Below, piece by piece: positions 29,914 to 39,091 of a stretch of 64,000 nucleotides of DNA. Each line of letters starts with the position of its first letter. Position 1 is the first letter of the stretch. A program made the position numbers and the translations under genes. The DNA is from Planctomycetota bacterium (GTDB lineage Bacteria; Planctomycetota; SZUA-567; H5-PLA8): positions 16,057 through 80,056 of the forward strand of contig JBBRPR010000040.1 of NCBI GenBank assembly GCA_038227875.1, given 5' to 3'. A model generated the notes under the pieces. That model made no database searches and was not told the DNA's origin. It worked only from the letters and a program-made list of their open reading frames with translations.

Positions 29914-31686
29914 CTACTCGCGTGCGGCCAGCTTGAACTCAAAGAGCATCTCCTTGTCGGCACGCTTGACTTTAAGCTTCACCGTCTCACCGGGCTTCTT
30001 GGACTGCAGCGCTACCAGGAGAGACGGCCAGTCGTCGATCTGCTTCGCATCGAATCCGATAATGACGTCGCCGGCGAGCACTCCGGCCGCGCCCGCGGGA
30101 TCCTTGGCCGGCGCGTTGCGAATGCGCGCGCCTTTGACATCCGGAGCGGGATCGGCTTCGATGCCCATTTGGGGATGCTGGGGGTGTTCGACCTTCTTGC
30201 CGGCTTTGAGGTCGGGGACGATCTTGACGATCCGTTCGGCGTTGAGCATGAAGCCGACGCCGCAGTTCTGCCGCCACGGGGTTTTTTCGTTGAGGCGCAC
30301 CGCCATGCCGACCACCTTGCCGGTCAGGTCCATCACCGGGCCGCCGAGGTTGCCGTAGTCGATCAGCGCGCTGATCTGCAGGCAGGTGTCTTCGACGCGC
30401 CCCGCGCCGCTGACGGTGCCGGCGTTGAGCGTGATGCGGCCGGGCGGTTCGCTGCGGCCGAGCACCGCGACCATCGCGCCCTGGGCGAGCTTGGGCAGCG
30501 AGAATTCGACGGGTTTGAGTTTCATCGCCGGCGTCGCGTCGAACTTTACAACCGCCGCGTCGAAGAAATCGTCCTTGCCCAGCACCTTGGCTTCGACGCG
30601 CGTGCCGTCAGGGAGGTAGATGAAGACGTTCTTGAGATTTCCAGTCAGGATGGAGGCCGAGGTGAGAACCGTGCCGTCGGCGTCGACGATGAATCCCGCG
30701 CTGGCCGAGGCGGTGGGGCGCTTGGCTTCGAAATGGGCGCGCTCTTCGCTTTCGGGGTAGGCGTCGTGCGGATTGAGTTCCACGCCGCCGCGTTTTTCCG
30801 GCGCGCCTTCATCGCCTTCGAAGACCGGCCAGACGGCGACAGTGGAGGCCGCGACGACGTCGTGAAGTTCACCGAAGGCCAGGCGTTCGGCCCAGATGTC
30901 GGCGCGCGTGCCGGTCAGCGTGGGCGGCAAGGCCATGGGAAGCTTTTTCAGATCGGGGAGCGCTTCGGCCAGGCGGGCGATGGGGATGGCGACGCCCAGC
31001 CAGCGCGAGCGCGAGAAGCCCAGGGACATGATGCCGACCAGATTGCCATCGGCATCGGTCAGCGCGCCGCCGTCGGAACCGGGATTGACCGCCGCGTCCG
31101 TTTCGATCACCGGCCCGATATAGCGGCTCTGGTTGTCGACGCTGCTCAGGTCGTAAATCCCGCTGATCGCGCCGGTGCTGAGCGAGACCATGCCGTCGCG
31201 CTGGATGCTGGAGTGCGGGTTGCCCCAGGAATAGACCGGCTGCCCGACGGTGCATTTGGTGGTATCGGCCAGCTTCATGTAGGGGAGGCTCTTGCCGTCG
31301 ACTTTCAGCAGCACGCCTTCGGACTTGAGATCAAACTGCTTCATCTCCGCGGGAAGGATCTTGCCGTCCGTGAAGTAGATCTTGATGGCCGTGGCGTCCT
31401 GGGGGATCACGGTGACGTCGGTTAGAATCATGCCATCGGCGGAGATGACTTCGCCGGTGCCGTAGAACTGGCCCGGGCCACCCATGGGCGTCTTGCCGCT
31501 GCAGATGATGCCGACGACGGCGGGCGCGAGCTTCTTGTAGATGTCGACATGGGCCGTTTCGGCGGGCTGGAGAATGGCTGGAATCGGCTGGGTTTGCGAG
31601 GCGGCGAAGGCCAGCGAGCCGGACAGCGAAGCCAGAGCGAAGCAGGACAGGGTGCGAAGCGAAGTGAGCAGGTGTGCGATCGGCAT
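29914..31686 (-). CDS. Tandem double trypsin-fold protein plus PDZ, both protease domains degenerate
   Basis: Domain 1: LTDVTV / DLKSEGVLL / NPGSDGGAL. Domain 2: LTSASI / DDFFDAAVV / DYGNLGGPV. Confidence 0.85.
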   Translation of the reverse strand: MPIAHLLTSLRTLSCFALASLSGSLAFAASQTQPIPAILQPAETAHVDIYKKLAPAVVGIICSGKTPMGGPGQFYGTGEVISADGMILTDVTVIPQDATAIKIYFTDGKILPAEMKQFDLKSEGVLLKVDGKSLPYMKLADTTKCTVGQPVYSWGNPHSSIQRDGMVSLSTGAISGIYDLSSVDNQSRYIGPVIETDAAVNPGSDGGALTDADGNLVGIMSLGFSRSRWLGVAIPIARLAEALPDLKKLPMALPPTLTGTRADIWAERLAFGELHDVVAASTVAVWPVFEGDEGAPEKRGGVELNPHDAYPESEERAHFEAKRPTASASAGFIVDADGTVLTSASILTGNLKNVFIYLPDGTRVEAKVLGKDDFFDAAVVKFDATPAMKLKPVEFSLPKLAQGAMVAVLGRSEPPGRITLNAGTVSGAGRVEDTCLQISALIDYGNLGGPVMDLTGKVVGMAVRLNEKTPWRQNCGVGFMLNAERIVKIVPDLKAGKKVEHPQHPQMGIEADPAPDVKGARIRNAPAKDPAGAAGVLAGDVIIGFDAKQIDDWPSLLVALQSKKPGETVKLKVKRADKEMLFEFKLAARE

Positions 31687-31786
31687 GAGATCCCCGTTGG
31701 AGGAACTGGAAGGACTGTAAGTCTATGTACACCTAAGACGCAACTGTGAAACTCAATGGGGAAGAAATGTTGAGTAGATGTGCGAT

Positions 31787-31814
31787 AATGTTACGGAATG
31801 TTACCAAATGTTAC
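31787..31814 (-). promoter_or_regulatory. Triple direct repeat GTAACATT with 10-bp period; candidate OmpR/PhoB-family binding site
   Basis: AATGTTAC at 31787, 31797 and 31807, ~100 bp upstream of the protease gene pair. Confidence 0.55.
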
Positions 31815-32076
31815 AGTGGCGGGGGCTCCTTTCTCGGTGCACCTAGGGCAGAAAAGGCGCTCGTGCGTGGGCGAAATCAGTGCGGCTAACGGTCGGGGCT
31901 TTGTGCGTGTGCATGTTGGCGTCCTCGGAATGAGTGTGCTTGATCAATCAGAATCAGTCCGGCTAAAAGTGGTCGGTACTGCCACGAACTACGCCGTGCG
32001 GCGGCTCCCGACAATTTTGGGCGGACGGGAAGTTGGGTATTGAAGGCCACTGGTTGGCACGTTGACGGAGCGTCGG

Positions 32077-32508
32077 ATATTTTCCTATAGTATTAAGCAA
32101 CTCTCGAGACCTAAAGTCAAGTGTTATTTCTAATTTTAATAAAAAAGTTTTTATAATACAGGATGTGCATGAGGCGCACGGGGTGCGTCCTGGTCTCGGG
32201 CTTTCGCCGGCGGGTCGCGGCCCGTTCTTTTGCGTTCTATGGGGCTGCGGGCGAGTGGGAGGGTCATTTGGGCTTCTGCATCGGATTGGTGATGCGGGAT
32301 CGTTTAGAGGCGCCTGGGACGCGAATTTGAGGGCATGCTGAAAAATTGCGGCTTGGGAGTTGGACGGTTGAGACGGACGATACCGAACTGACGCGCATGC
32401 ATATTTCTCTATATATCTATGCGGTCGAGAAACTCAAGAATCAAGTGTTTTCTTTAATTTTAGTAAAAAAGATTTTATAATACGTGATGTGCAGCAGTGC
32501 ACGGGGTG
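32077..32508. repeat. Two ~108-bp AT-rich imperfect direct repeats
   Basis: 32077-32185 and 32401-32508 share TCAAGTGTT...TAATTTTA.TAAAAAAG.TTTTATAATAC..GATGTGCA...GCACGGGGTG. Confidence 0.85.
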
Positions 32509-32787
32509 TCGGGCGAGTCGTGTGTGAACGGGTTCTCCTTTCTTTCACGCAAAGCCGCAAAGGGCGCAAAGAACGACCGGGAACATTGGGGGAGCGGGGC
32601 TTTGGGCCAGCTGTCCCGATTCAGGTCAGCGAAAGGTCGGCGGCGGCGCGGTGGTCCGGTCGCATTCTGGCGTTGGGAAAGTGGCGATGCTGCATAGAAT
32701 TACGGTTCTGATTATTCGCGTCCCGTTTCTTCTATTGCTCGACACCTGCGTCGACAAGCCCTCAAGACCACGAGGTAGGACTTAATA

Positions 32788-33183
32788 ATGAAGTCTGAAC
32801 TGAGACTACCCAAGGCTTTCCCTGCTGCTTTAGCAGAGCGCGCCTTTCAAGTCGGGTACATGACTTGGCCAGCGTGGACTATTACCGATGGGGTCGGAGC
32901 AATTGAAGCGTATCGGTCGCTTTCGTTGGCCGTCATTGGTGGAAATCTTGCTGTTCGAACCGCTAGCGATACACAAACGCATTACACCACCGATCAGGGA
33001 GACTACGCCTACTGCTTCGACATCACGCAGGACGAGAACGAATGTTGGTCGGACTTTGTGCATCGTAGTTGCGAAGAATCCTCACGACATCTCAGCGAGT
33101 TTAAACCGTCCTATCCAATTATTGACGCCGAGCCGTACACAGTGGGCTTCATGTTGATTTGGATGGCGCAGGATTCCGTGTAA
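32788..33183 (+). CDS. Imm40-like immunity protein
   Basis: AW...AIEAYRSLSLAVIGGNL...E.WSDFVHRS pattern; lower GC. Confidence 0.55.
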   Translation: MKSELRLPKAFPAALAERAFQVGYMTWPAWTITDGVGAIEAYRSLSLAVIGGNLAVRTASDTQTHYTTDQGDYAYCFDITQDENECWSDFVHRSCEESSRHLSEFKPSYPIIDAEPYTVGFMLIWMAQDSV

Positions 33184-33405
33184 GGAGCCTCTTTCCAGGA
33201 GCGCATCTCAACCAGCGCCACCAGCGCCGCCGCTGTATGTAGTTAGACGCCGTTGAAGCATTTTTCCAGGGCGGCGGAGCAGCGACGCATGCGCGTTTGC
33301 CGGCAAGCCCTGACTGACGACCGACAACTTTTCGCCGGATGGATCTAACCTCGTTTATCAATTCCGAACGCCCGTGTGCTGGCTAACGCGCCGAGCTCCC
33401 ACGCA

Positions 33406-34749
33406 TCAACGCCCCGTCGCGGGCAGCCACTTCATGTCATACACCCAGCCGTTGATCAGCCGGAATTTGTGCCGGGCTTCGCCGTCGACGAGGATGGGGT
33501 TATCCCCGTTTTCCTTGACGAAATGCGCGTTGGATTGGGAATAGTACGCGGCCCATTTTCCGTCGGGCGAAAGCTCCAGTGCGGTCGGCGACGTACCGCG
33601 CTCGTCGTCCAGATCGACAATCGGGTAAGCCTCTCCAGCGTAGTAAAGTTTCTGGCCGTCCCGTTCGAAAAGGCCGAACTTGCGCGGTCCCGCGGGTTCC
33701 TTTTTGGATTGATTCTCACGCCTTCCGTAGGAGGGCAGGATGGTGTTGAATTGTTTTACTTCCCGGATCCTCTTTCCCGTGGCGGCGTCGACGTCCACGG
33801 ACTGCTCGAAGCCTTCCACTTTGTCCCGGCCGACCGTGCGCGTCACGATGGACTCCAGAAAACTCAAGGTATCGTTATCTTTCCAGGAGAATTGCAGCCG
33901 CGGAATCGAACTGGAGACCGGATCGCTGCCGACATAAATCTGCTTCTGTTCGAAGAGGCTCTTGCCGCTGTCCACGTCCACGATCAGCAGGTCACGCTTG
34001 TAAAAGAAATGGTTTCGCGGCACGGCGCTCATGGCGAGCCGTTTACCGTCGGGCGAAAACCGGGGATGAATCAGCGTCGTGACCCAGTCTTCCGGCAGCG
34101 TCATGATCTTCCGGTTCTTCGAATCCGATTTCGAAACCTGCCAGATCTCGCGCGCCGCGGTGACGACCCAGATGTCTTTTTCCGTCACGGAAAGAATGGT
34201 TTCGATGCCGTCGTCCAGGATCTGGCGAGGGGCTTCGTCGGTGGAGACGTCGATCCTATAAAGGTGGAGTAATGCGGTCTGGGTGGGGACCACCTTTTCA
34301 TCGTTGGGATCGTCGGGCGAGGTTGCCAATTTGTGCCCCGAGTCGCCCGCTTGAACTACCTCGACGAAGAAAATGACCGGGCCGTCCGATGCCACGTAGT
34401 CGGTTTTCTTTTCGCCGAGCAGCGGCCTGTCTTTTCCCGACGCGAGGTCCACGGCGTAGAGGCCGGCGCGTTGATAGTAATCAATCAGGAGCGTGTTGCG
34501 CAGCGGCCGGGCGAGGACTGAGAGAGTTCCATCCCGGGGCGGCACGAGGTGAGGCGTGGTCGAGGTCCTGGGGTCGACGACGTAGAGCGCTTCGATCCGC
34601 CCCTGGGGATTGGGCCCGATGCTGGCCGCGTCGGCCGCGGATGCTTCCGGATGCGTGAAGACCAGCAGCGGTCCGTCGCTGACTTCCAGCGCGTGCGCGC
34701 CACTGGCGAGCAGCGCTAACCCAATGAGCGTGAGAATCGAGCGATTCAT
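33406..34749 (-). CDS. Secreted TolB/WD40-like beta-propeller hypothetical protein
   Basis: Signal peptide; PRFSPDGKRLA and LSPDGKWAAY repeats. Confidence 0.65.
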   Translation of the reverse strand: MNRSILTLIGLALLASGAHALEVSDGPLLVFTHPEASAADAASIGPNPQGRIEALYVVDPRTSTTPHLVPPRDGTLSVLARPLRNTLLIDYYQRAGLYAVDLASGKDRPLLGEKKTDYVASDGPVIFFVEVVQAGDSGHKLATSPDDPNDEKVVPTQTALLHLYRIDVSTDEAPRQILDDGIETILSVTEKDIWVVTAAREIWQVSKSDSKNRKIMTLPEDWVTTLIHPRFSPDGKRLAMSAVPRNHFFYKRDLLIVDVDSGKSLFEQKQIYVGSDPVSSSIPRLQFSWKDNDTLSFLESIVTRTVGRDKVEGFEQSVDVDAATGKRIREVKQFNTILPSYGRRENQSKKEPAGPRKFGLFERDGQKLYYAGEAYPIVDLDDERGTSPTALELSPDGKWAAYYSQSNAHFVKENGDNPILVDGEARHKFRLINGWVYDMKWLPATGR

Positions 34750-34902
34750 AGGGAACTCCCGAAGGGTGCGCGTCACCCGATGACTCCCCAGAGGATAAAA
34801 TTACGGGTCGCGACATTCGATTCTAGAGTGTCGGGCGAAACACTCCAGATTTGAATGGCGGCTTTTCTTCGGTGCAAAACGCTATGCGCGCGTCCCGTGT
34901 CG

Positions 34903-35105
34903 TTGGACCCAACGGGTCCATTTATGTCAGCGAAGGGCAAGCCGGGGCGACGCGTATGCGGCGGCCCGGCGCAGCCCTGGAAATGCACGTGATTTCGGGG
35001 ATGTCCTGAAGGGACATTTAGACGTCAACCCGTTGGCGGCGCGTTTTAAATTGTCCTTTCAGGACAATTCGAAGGCGGGGTGCAATTTTCCAGGGCGGCG
35101 GAGCG
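34903..35105. repeat. Composite REP/REPIN-like palindromic element (CCAGGG/CCCTGG family)
   Basis: TGTCCTGAAGGGACA vs TGTCCTTTCAGGACA, and GCCCTGGAAA vs TTTCCAGGGC, are inverted. Related units at 33261-33312, 38254-38337 and 39519-39747. Confidence 0.75.
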
Positions 35106-35262
35106 GAGGGCGTTAGTCCAATGGCTAAGTGACGGCGTGGTTCGTGGCGAGGAACGAAAAAGTATTGAGACAACGGAACGAAGGTTTTAGGCCGTCCCGA
35201 CTCTCCAAATTTCGCACGGGTTTATAATTGCTTCCACCTGTTGTTGTGATGATTATTCGAAC

Positions 35263-35853
35263 ATGGTTCTCAGCGATCCCCAGCTTACAGCGATTGCGTT
35301 CAAAGTTGAGACCGGCGATCCGGATCAGATCGATTACAGATTTTCGAATACCAAAACGGTAGCCGGCATGGCGTTGATTGCGGGCGTGCTTGCCGTGTCT
35401 ATGAGCCTGCTTGTGCTTGAACACTGGCTGGGCTTAATCGACCGCAATGGCAATCCCATGGAAATTTCAATTCCTGCCTTTTTTGTATGCGGCGTGATCT
35501 CGTTGTGTGCGGCGATTCTCACCCCAAAATTGGATGGCGGCGTTTTGCTGGATCGACGCCGGCGCGTGCTCCGGCGTTGGCGCGGCCCGTTTCAGCGACG
35601 CTACCCACGCGAATTTCCGCTCGAGGGATTCCGGTCGCTGGAGATTTCTCGCTTTCTTCATAAGGGCGGGAGTAAGCGGCCCTCACCGTTTATCGTGTTC
35701 CGTCTGGAAATCACGGGGCAGCGGAACCTCAAGTTGTTTGAGACGGAAGGAGAAATGCAGATTCGAAAGCTGGCGGACGAGTTCAGCACGTTCCTCCAGT
35801 TGCCTGTTGCGGATAAGACGAGTTTGGAACTGGGACCTGCGGTGCCGCCATGA
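35263..35853 (+). CDS. Hypothetical two-TM membrane protein
   Basis: Two hydrophobic segments and a soluble C-terminus; overlaps the next start (ATGA). Confidence 0.6.
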   Translation: MVLSDPQLTAIAFKVETGDPDQIDYRFSNTKTVAGMALIAGVLAVSMSLLVLEHWLGLIDRNGNPMEISIPAFFVCGVISLCAAILTPKLDGGVLLDRRRRVLRRWRGPFQRRYPREFPLEGFRSLEISRFLHKGGSKRPSPFIVFRLEITGQRNLKLFETEGEMQIRKLADEFSTFLQLPVADKTSLELGPAVPP

Positions 35854-36317
35854 CGAACCTCAATTCCACAAACAACAAAGTCAGGGAAACGCAGCTTTGC
35901 GATACGTGGTCTGCCAGTTCGGGAGTTGGCAGCGCGGGTCCGGCAATATGCCGGTGGCGGACGCCCATTCTCGGACCGCCCGATGTGGAGGGTTATGGCC
36001 ATGTCGTCAAAGTCGTTTGGATCTATGGGCCAGAGAATTCCGATGAGCTGCCGTCGGAACTGCAGTCGGAACAGATGAACCTTTTTGAAAATCGACTCTG
36101 CGACGCGTGGGAAAGCGATGGACATGCCTATCTGGCAGCGGTGCTGACGTTTGATGGCGCGCGGCAATGGGTGTTTTACACGCCGGACGTTTCGGTGTGC
36201 GGCCAGCGACTCCATGCGATGCCGCAGGAGGAGGAGCGCTACCCGCTCGAACTTACTTCGGAGCATGATCCGGAGTGGTTGTGGTTACGGAAGCATATTT
36301 TGAAGCGATTTGAGTAG
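35850..36317 (+). CDS. DUF695-family protein (immunity-like)
   Basis: M..FE..L...AVLTFDGARQWVFY...EHDPEW..L pattern. Confidence 0.7.
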   Translation: MTNLNSTNNKVRETQLCDTWSASSGVGSAGPAICRWRTPILGPPDVEGYGHVVKVVWIYGPENSDELPSELQSEQMNLFENRLCDAWESDGHAYLAAVLTFDGARQWVFYTPDVSVCGQRLHAMPQEEERYPLELTSEHDPEWLWLRKHILKRFE

Positions 36318-36339
36318 CGGTGCGAGGAGAGAAACTGAT

Positions 36340-36846
36340 ATGAGCGACTCCGACCTATGGAATTGTCCGAGCAACCTTGAGTTTCAGTGCCCTCAGAAAT
36401 GGGAGAAGCTCGCGACGACCGGCGATGAGAACGTCCGCTTTTGCGGCGCGTGTCAGAAGACCGTTCATCTCTGCAAAACAGCGGAAGAGTTTGTGGCGCA
36501 GGGTAATCAGGGGCATTGCGTCGCGATCCCGCCGGAATCCCGCCCCTTCATCGTAAGTGTGGGGATTTTGGGGCAGCCCAGTCCGGAGTCCGTAAGGAAA
36601 CTCGAACGTGAGCAGGACGTGGCGCGGGAGTGGTGGAATAAGACGCTGGCGCAGCAGCCTGGCTTTGAGCCGGAAAAGATGGCGCGCATCGCGGAGATCA
36701 TGAAGGAGACCGAACCGAGATTACTAGACCGCCAGACTGATGCTGCATTGAAGGACCAATGGGAAAGCTATGCGAAATTTATGGAATCCGCGGCGCTTCT
36801 GGAAAAGAAGATGATGGATGAGAGGAAGAAGGGGAAGAAGAAGTGA
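36340..36846 (+). CDS. Small Cys-rich domain hypothetical protein
   Basis: GAGGAG RBS; FQCPQKWEKL...VRFCGACQKTVHLC...GHCVAI. Confidence 0.7.
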   Translation: MSDSDLWNCPSNLEFQCPQKWEKLATTGDENVRFCGACQKTVHLCKTAEEFVAQGNQGHCVAIPPESRPFIVSVGILGQPSPESVRKLEREQDVAREWWNKTLAQQPGFEPEKMARIAEIMKETEPRLLDRQTDAALKDQWESYAKFMESAALLEKKMMDERKKGKKK

Positions 36847-36911
36847 GCCGGTCTTGCTCGGCGCTCCAGTTACTTTGGTTTAGATCGGCGACAAGAATTT
36901 GTTGCGAAAGA

Positions 36912-38087
36912 TCACAACTCTGGAGAAACGTCTTGCTTTAGCTGCTTCAGCGCGCTGGTGACTTCCTCCATAAGTATCAACTCAGGATCATCGTCCGAAC
37001 TCGCCAGCCTGGCCATGAGCGACTTCCCAATGCCCTCCAACTTGTCCTTTAGCAGGAGACTGCTTTGGGGTAGCAGTTTTTCAATCATCGCGACAAGATG
37101 GACCATTGTAAACGGAGTGCCAGGCCGCGGCGGTGGAACCTTCTTCAACAACCAAGCCCGAATTTCAAACGCCAACGCATTTGTGGCCGCCATCATAGAA
37201 TCAAGGGAATCAAAGGGCTCAACAAATAGATCTACGTTAGTTGAATTCAGTCTTGTACCAGCCCCTTTCTTGAACAAGTGGATCGCGGACTTGCGCGTCT
37301 GTTCGTCTCGACCCTCCATCAGCTTCGCCTCGTCCTCGAAGGACAGGCCGATGCAATCCGAGTCCAGAATGGATTGTGCCAGTGTGCTGAACTGAGGATT
37401 TTTTGTCGGAAAGTGCTTGCCGTAATGCGCCTCGTTTGCGTCCGATAATCTCGCGGAGATTTTCGGAGTTTCGCTTTCCAAGGTCGCGTCGACCTCTTCA
37501 AGATAGTATAGACCAAGGCTCTTGGCGCACACAAAGCTGTGTGACAAAGAGACCATGCAGACGTTGTTAATTCTTATGCTGGTGAAGGATGGTAAATGCG
37601 CGAATCCTGGGTCGTAGATCGGAAAAAAATTAATTCCATCGGGTGCGCTCTTGCTTCGACAAAGAAAGATCATTCTATCTCTCTTTCCCACACGTTCATT
37701 AATGGCGAACCTAGGGTTTATCTTGTAGGGGTTTTGGTTGAGCATGATGCCTCCAAGCCACAGCCCAACGCGTACCTTGTCGACCCAGTCCAGTAAGCAG
37801 GCTGCCTGCTCCGCATTCAGCGTCGAGGTCGACAAAAGCGACTCCATGCAACCCTTGGCGTTGCTTTCCAATTGTGAATAAGCCTCGTTACATTTGGAAC
37901 ATGCAGGGAATACGAAATTCTGAAAAGAAAAGGATGTCCTCCTCATGCCTTTCAGCGCGAAAATTCCCATGCGCGTCGGCCTACCGGTGAGCTTTATGAG
38001 CCACTGTGGAATGATATGCTCGTGGTTCTTGGACTGTGGAATTTTGCGACAGAAGATGCAATTTCGACGTGAGCTCTTGGTTGCCAT
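36912..38087 (-). CDS. HNH-like zinc-finger endonuclease domain protein
   Basis: CIFC...EHIIPQWL...PACSKCN; GAGAGGG RBS-like sequence before ATG 38087; lower GC. Confidence 0.65.
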   Translation of the reverse strand: MATKSSRRNCIFCRKIPQSKNHEHIIPQWLIKLTGRPTRMGIFALKGMRRTSFSFQNFVFPACSKCNEAYSQLESNAKGCMESLLSTSTLNAEQAACLLDWVDKVRVGLWLGGIMLNQNPYKINPRFAINERVGKRDRMIFLCRSKSAPDGINFFPIYDPGFAHLPSFTSIRINNVCMVSLSHSFVCAKSLGLYYLEEVDATLESETPKISARLSDANEAHYGKHFPTKNPQFSTLAQSILDSDCIGLSFEDEAKLMEGRDEQTRKSAIHLFKKGAGTRLNSTNVDLFVEPFDSLDSMMAATNALAFEIRAWLLKKVPPPRPGTPFTMVHLVAMIEKLLPQSSLLLKDKLEGIGKSLMARLASSDDDPELILMEEVTSALKQLKQDVSPEL

Positions 38088-38160
38088 AATTCCCTCTCCG
38101 TGACAGTCATCTTGCGAGAGATAGCCGTGCATAGTAAATGTGCGTATACCCCACTCAACA

Positions 38161-38233
38161 GCTCGAACTTACGTCGGAGCATGCTCCGGAGTGGTTGTGG
38201 CTGCGAGATCTTGTCTTGAGGCGGTCCAAGTAG
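38161..38233 (+). pseudogene. Orphan duplicate of the 3' end of the DUF695 gene
   Basis: Ungapped match to 36245-36317 (38 of the first 40 nt identical). Reads LELTSEHAPEWLWLRDLVLRRSK* versus LELTSEHDPEWLWLRKHILKRFE*. Confidence 0.85.
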
Positions 38234-38475
38234 CGGCGAGTCGGTGCGCAGATTGCGCTCTTTCAGAGCTTGGGCGAGTTGGGTGCGGTTTTCCAGGGGC
38301 GGTGCCCCTGGCTTTCACAGGTTGCCCCGTTGGGGCAGGTGTGCGGGGGGGGCGAGCGATTTAAGCCATAAGGTAAAGCCGAAAGTTGATACTGTCATCG
38401 GAGAACTTGAAGGGTTCCACTCAGAAGTGTTTCAAGAGCGCGGGGCTTCGCGCGGCATGAGGACAGGGGGTTGCC

Positions 38476-39054
38476 ATGAAAAGCGTCATCATCGGCGGTG
38501 TGACTCGGGCGGGGAAGTCGGTGCTGGCTCGGCGGATTAGAGAGCGGACTCAACTGAATGTTCTTCCGGTGGATGCGCTGGTAGTTTCGTTGCGGGCGGC
38601 GTTTCCGGAACTGGGTGTCAACTGGGACGATGCGGCGGCCAGCCGGCAGAAGTTGTGGCCGTTTCTGCGCGTGTTGATCTGCAAACTTTCGCTGCGCAGT
38701 GGATTTTCGTACCTGTATGAGGGCGATCATCTTTCTCCGGAGCTGCTGAGCGGGCTGGGGCCGGATTATCCGTTCCTGGCATCCACGGTGCCGCTCTTCC
38801 TGGGTTACGATTCCATCAGCGTGCCGGAGAAGATGAAGCAGCTCCGCGCGTTTTCTGCACAGAACTTGTGCTACACGAAGCACATGCCGGATGCGGAGTT
38901 GGCCGCGCTGTGCGCGCAGCAGATTGCGGAGAGTGTGCTCCTGAAGCAGCGCTGCGGTGAACTGGGATTTGCCTATTTTGATACGTCGGTGGATTTCGAC
39001 GGCGCGATTGAGCGGGCGTGTGATTTTGCGTGCGGTGAAGTTGGGACGGGTTGA
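38476..39054 (+). CDS. P-loop nucleotide-kinase-like protein
   Basis: N-terminal Walker A IIGGVTRAGKS; YLYEG. Confidence 0.75.
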   Translation: MKSVIIGGVTRAGKSVLARRIRERTQLNVLPVDALVVSLRAAFPELGVNWDDAAASRQKLWPFLRVLICKLSLRSGFSYLYEGDHLSPELLSGLGPDYPFLASTVPLFLGYDSISVPEKMKQLRAFSAQNLCYTKHMPDAELAALCAQQIAESVLLKQRCGELGFAYFDTSVDFDGAIERACDFACGEVGTG

Positions 39055-39091
39055 TGGGGGTCCTTGCCAAGGCGCGGAATTCCGATGGGCA

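Noticed and set aside
31843..31914. 23-aa minus-strand ORF (MHTHKAPTVSRTDFAHARAPFLP) with a GAGGA RBS-like sequence
   Set aside because: Too short to support without conservation or ribosome-profiling data.
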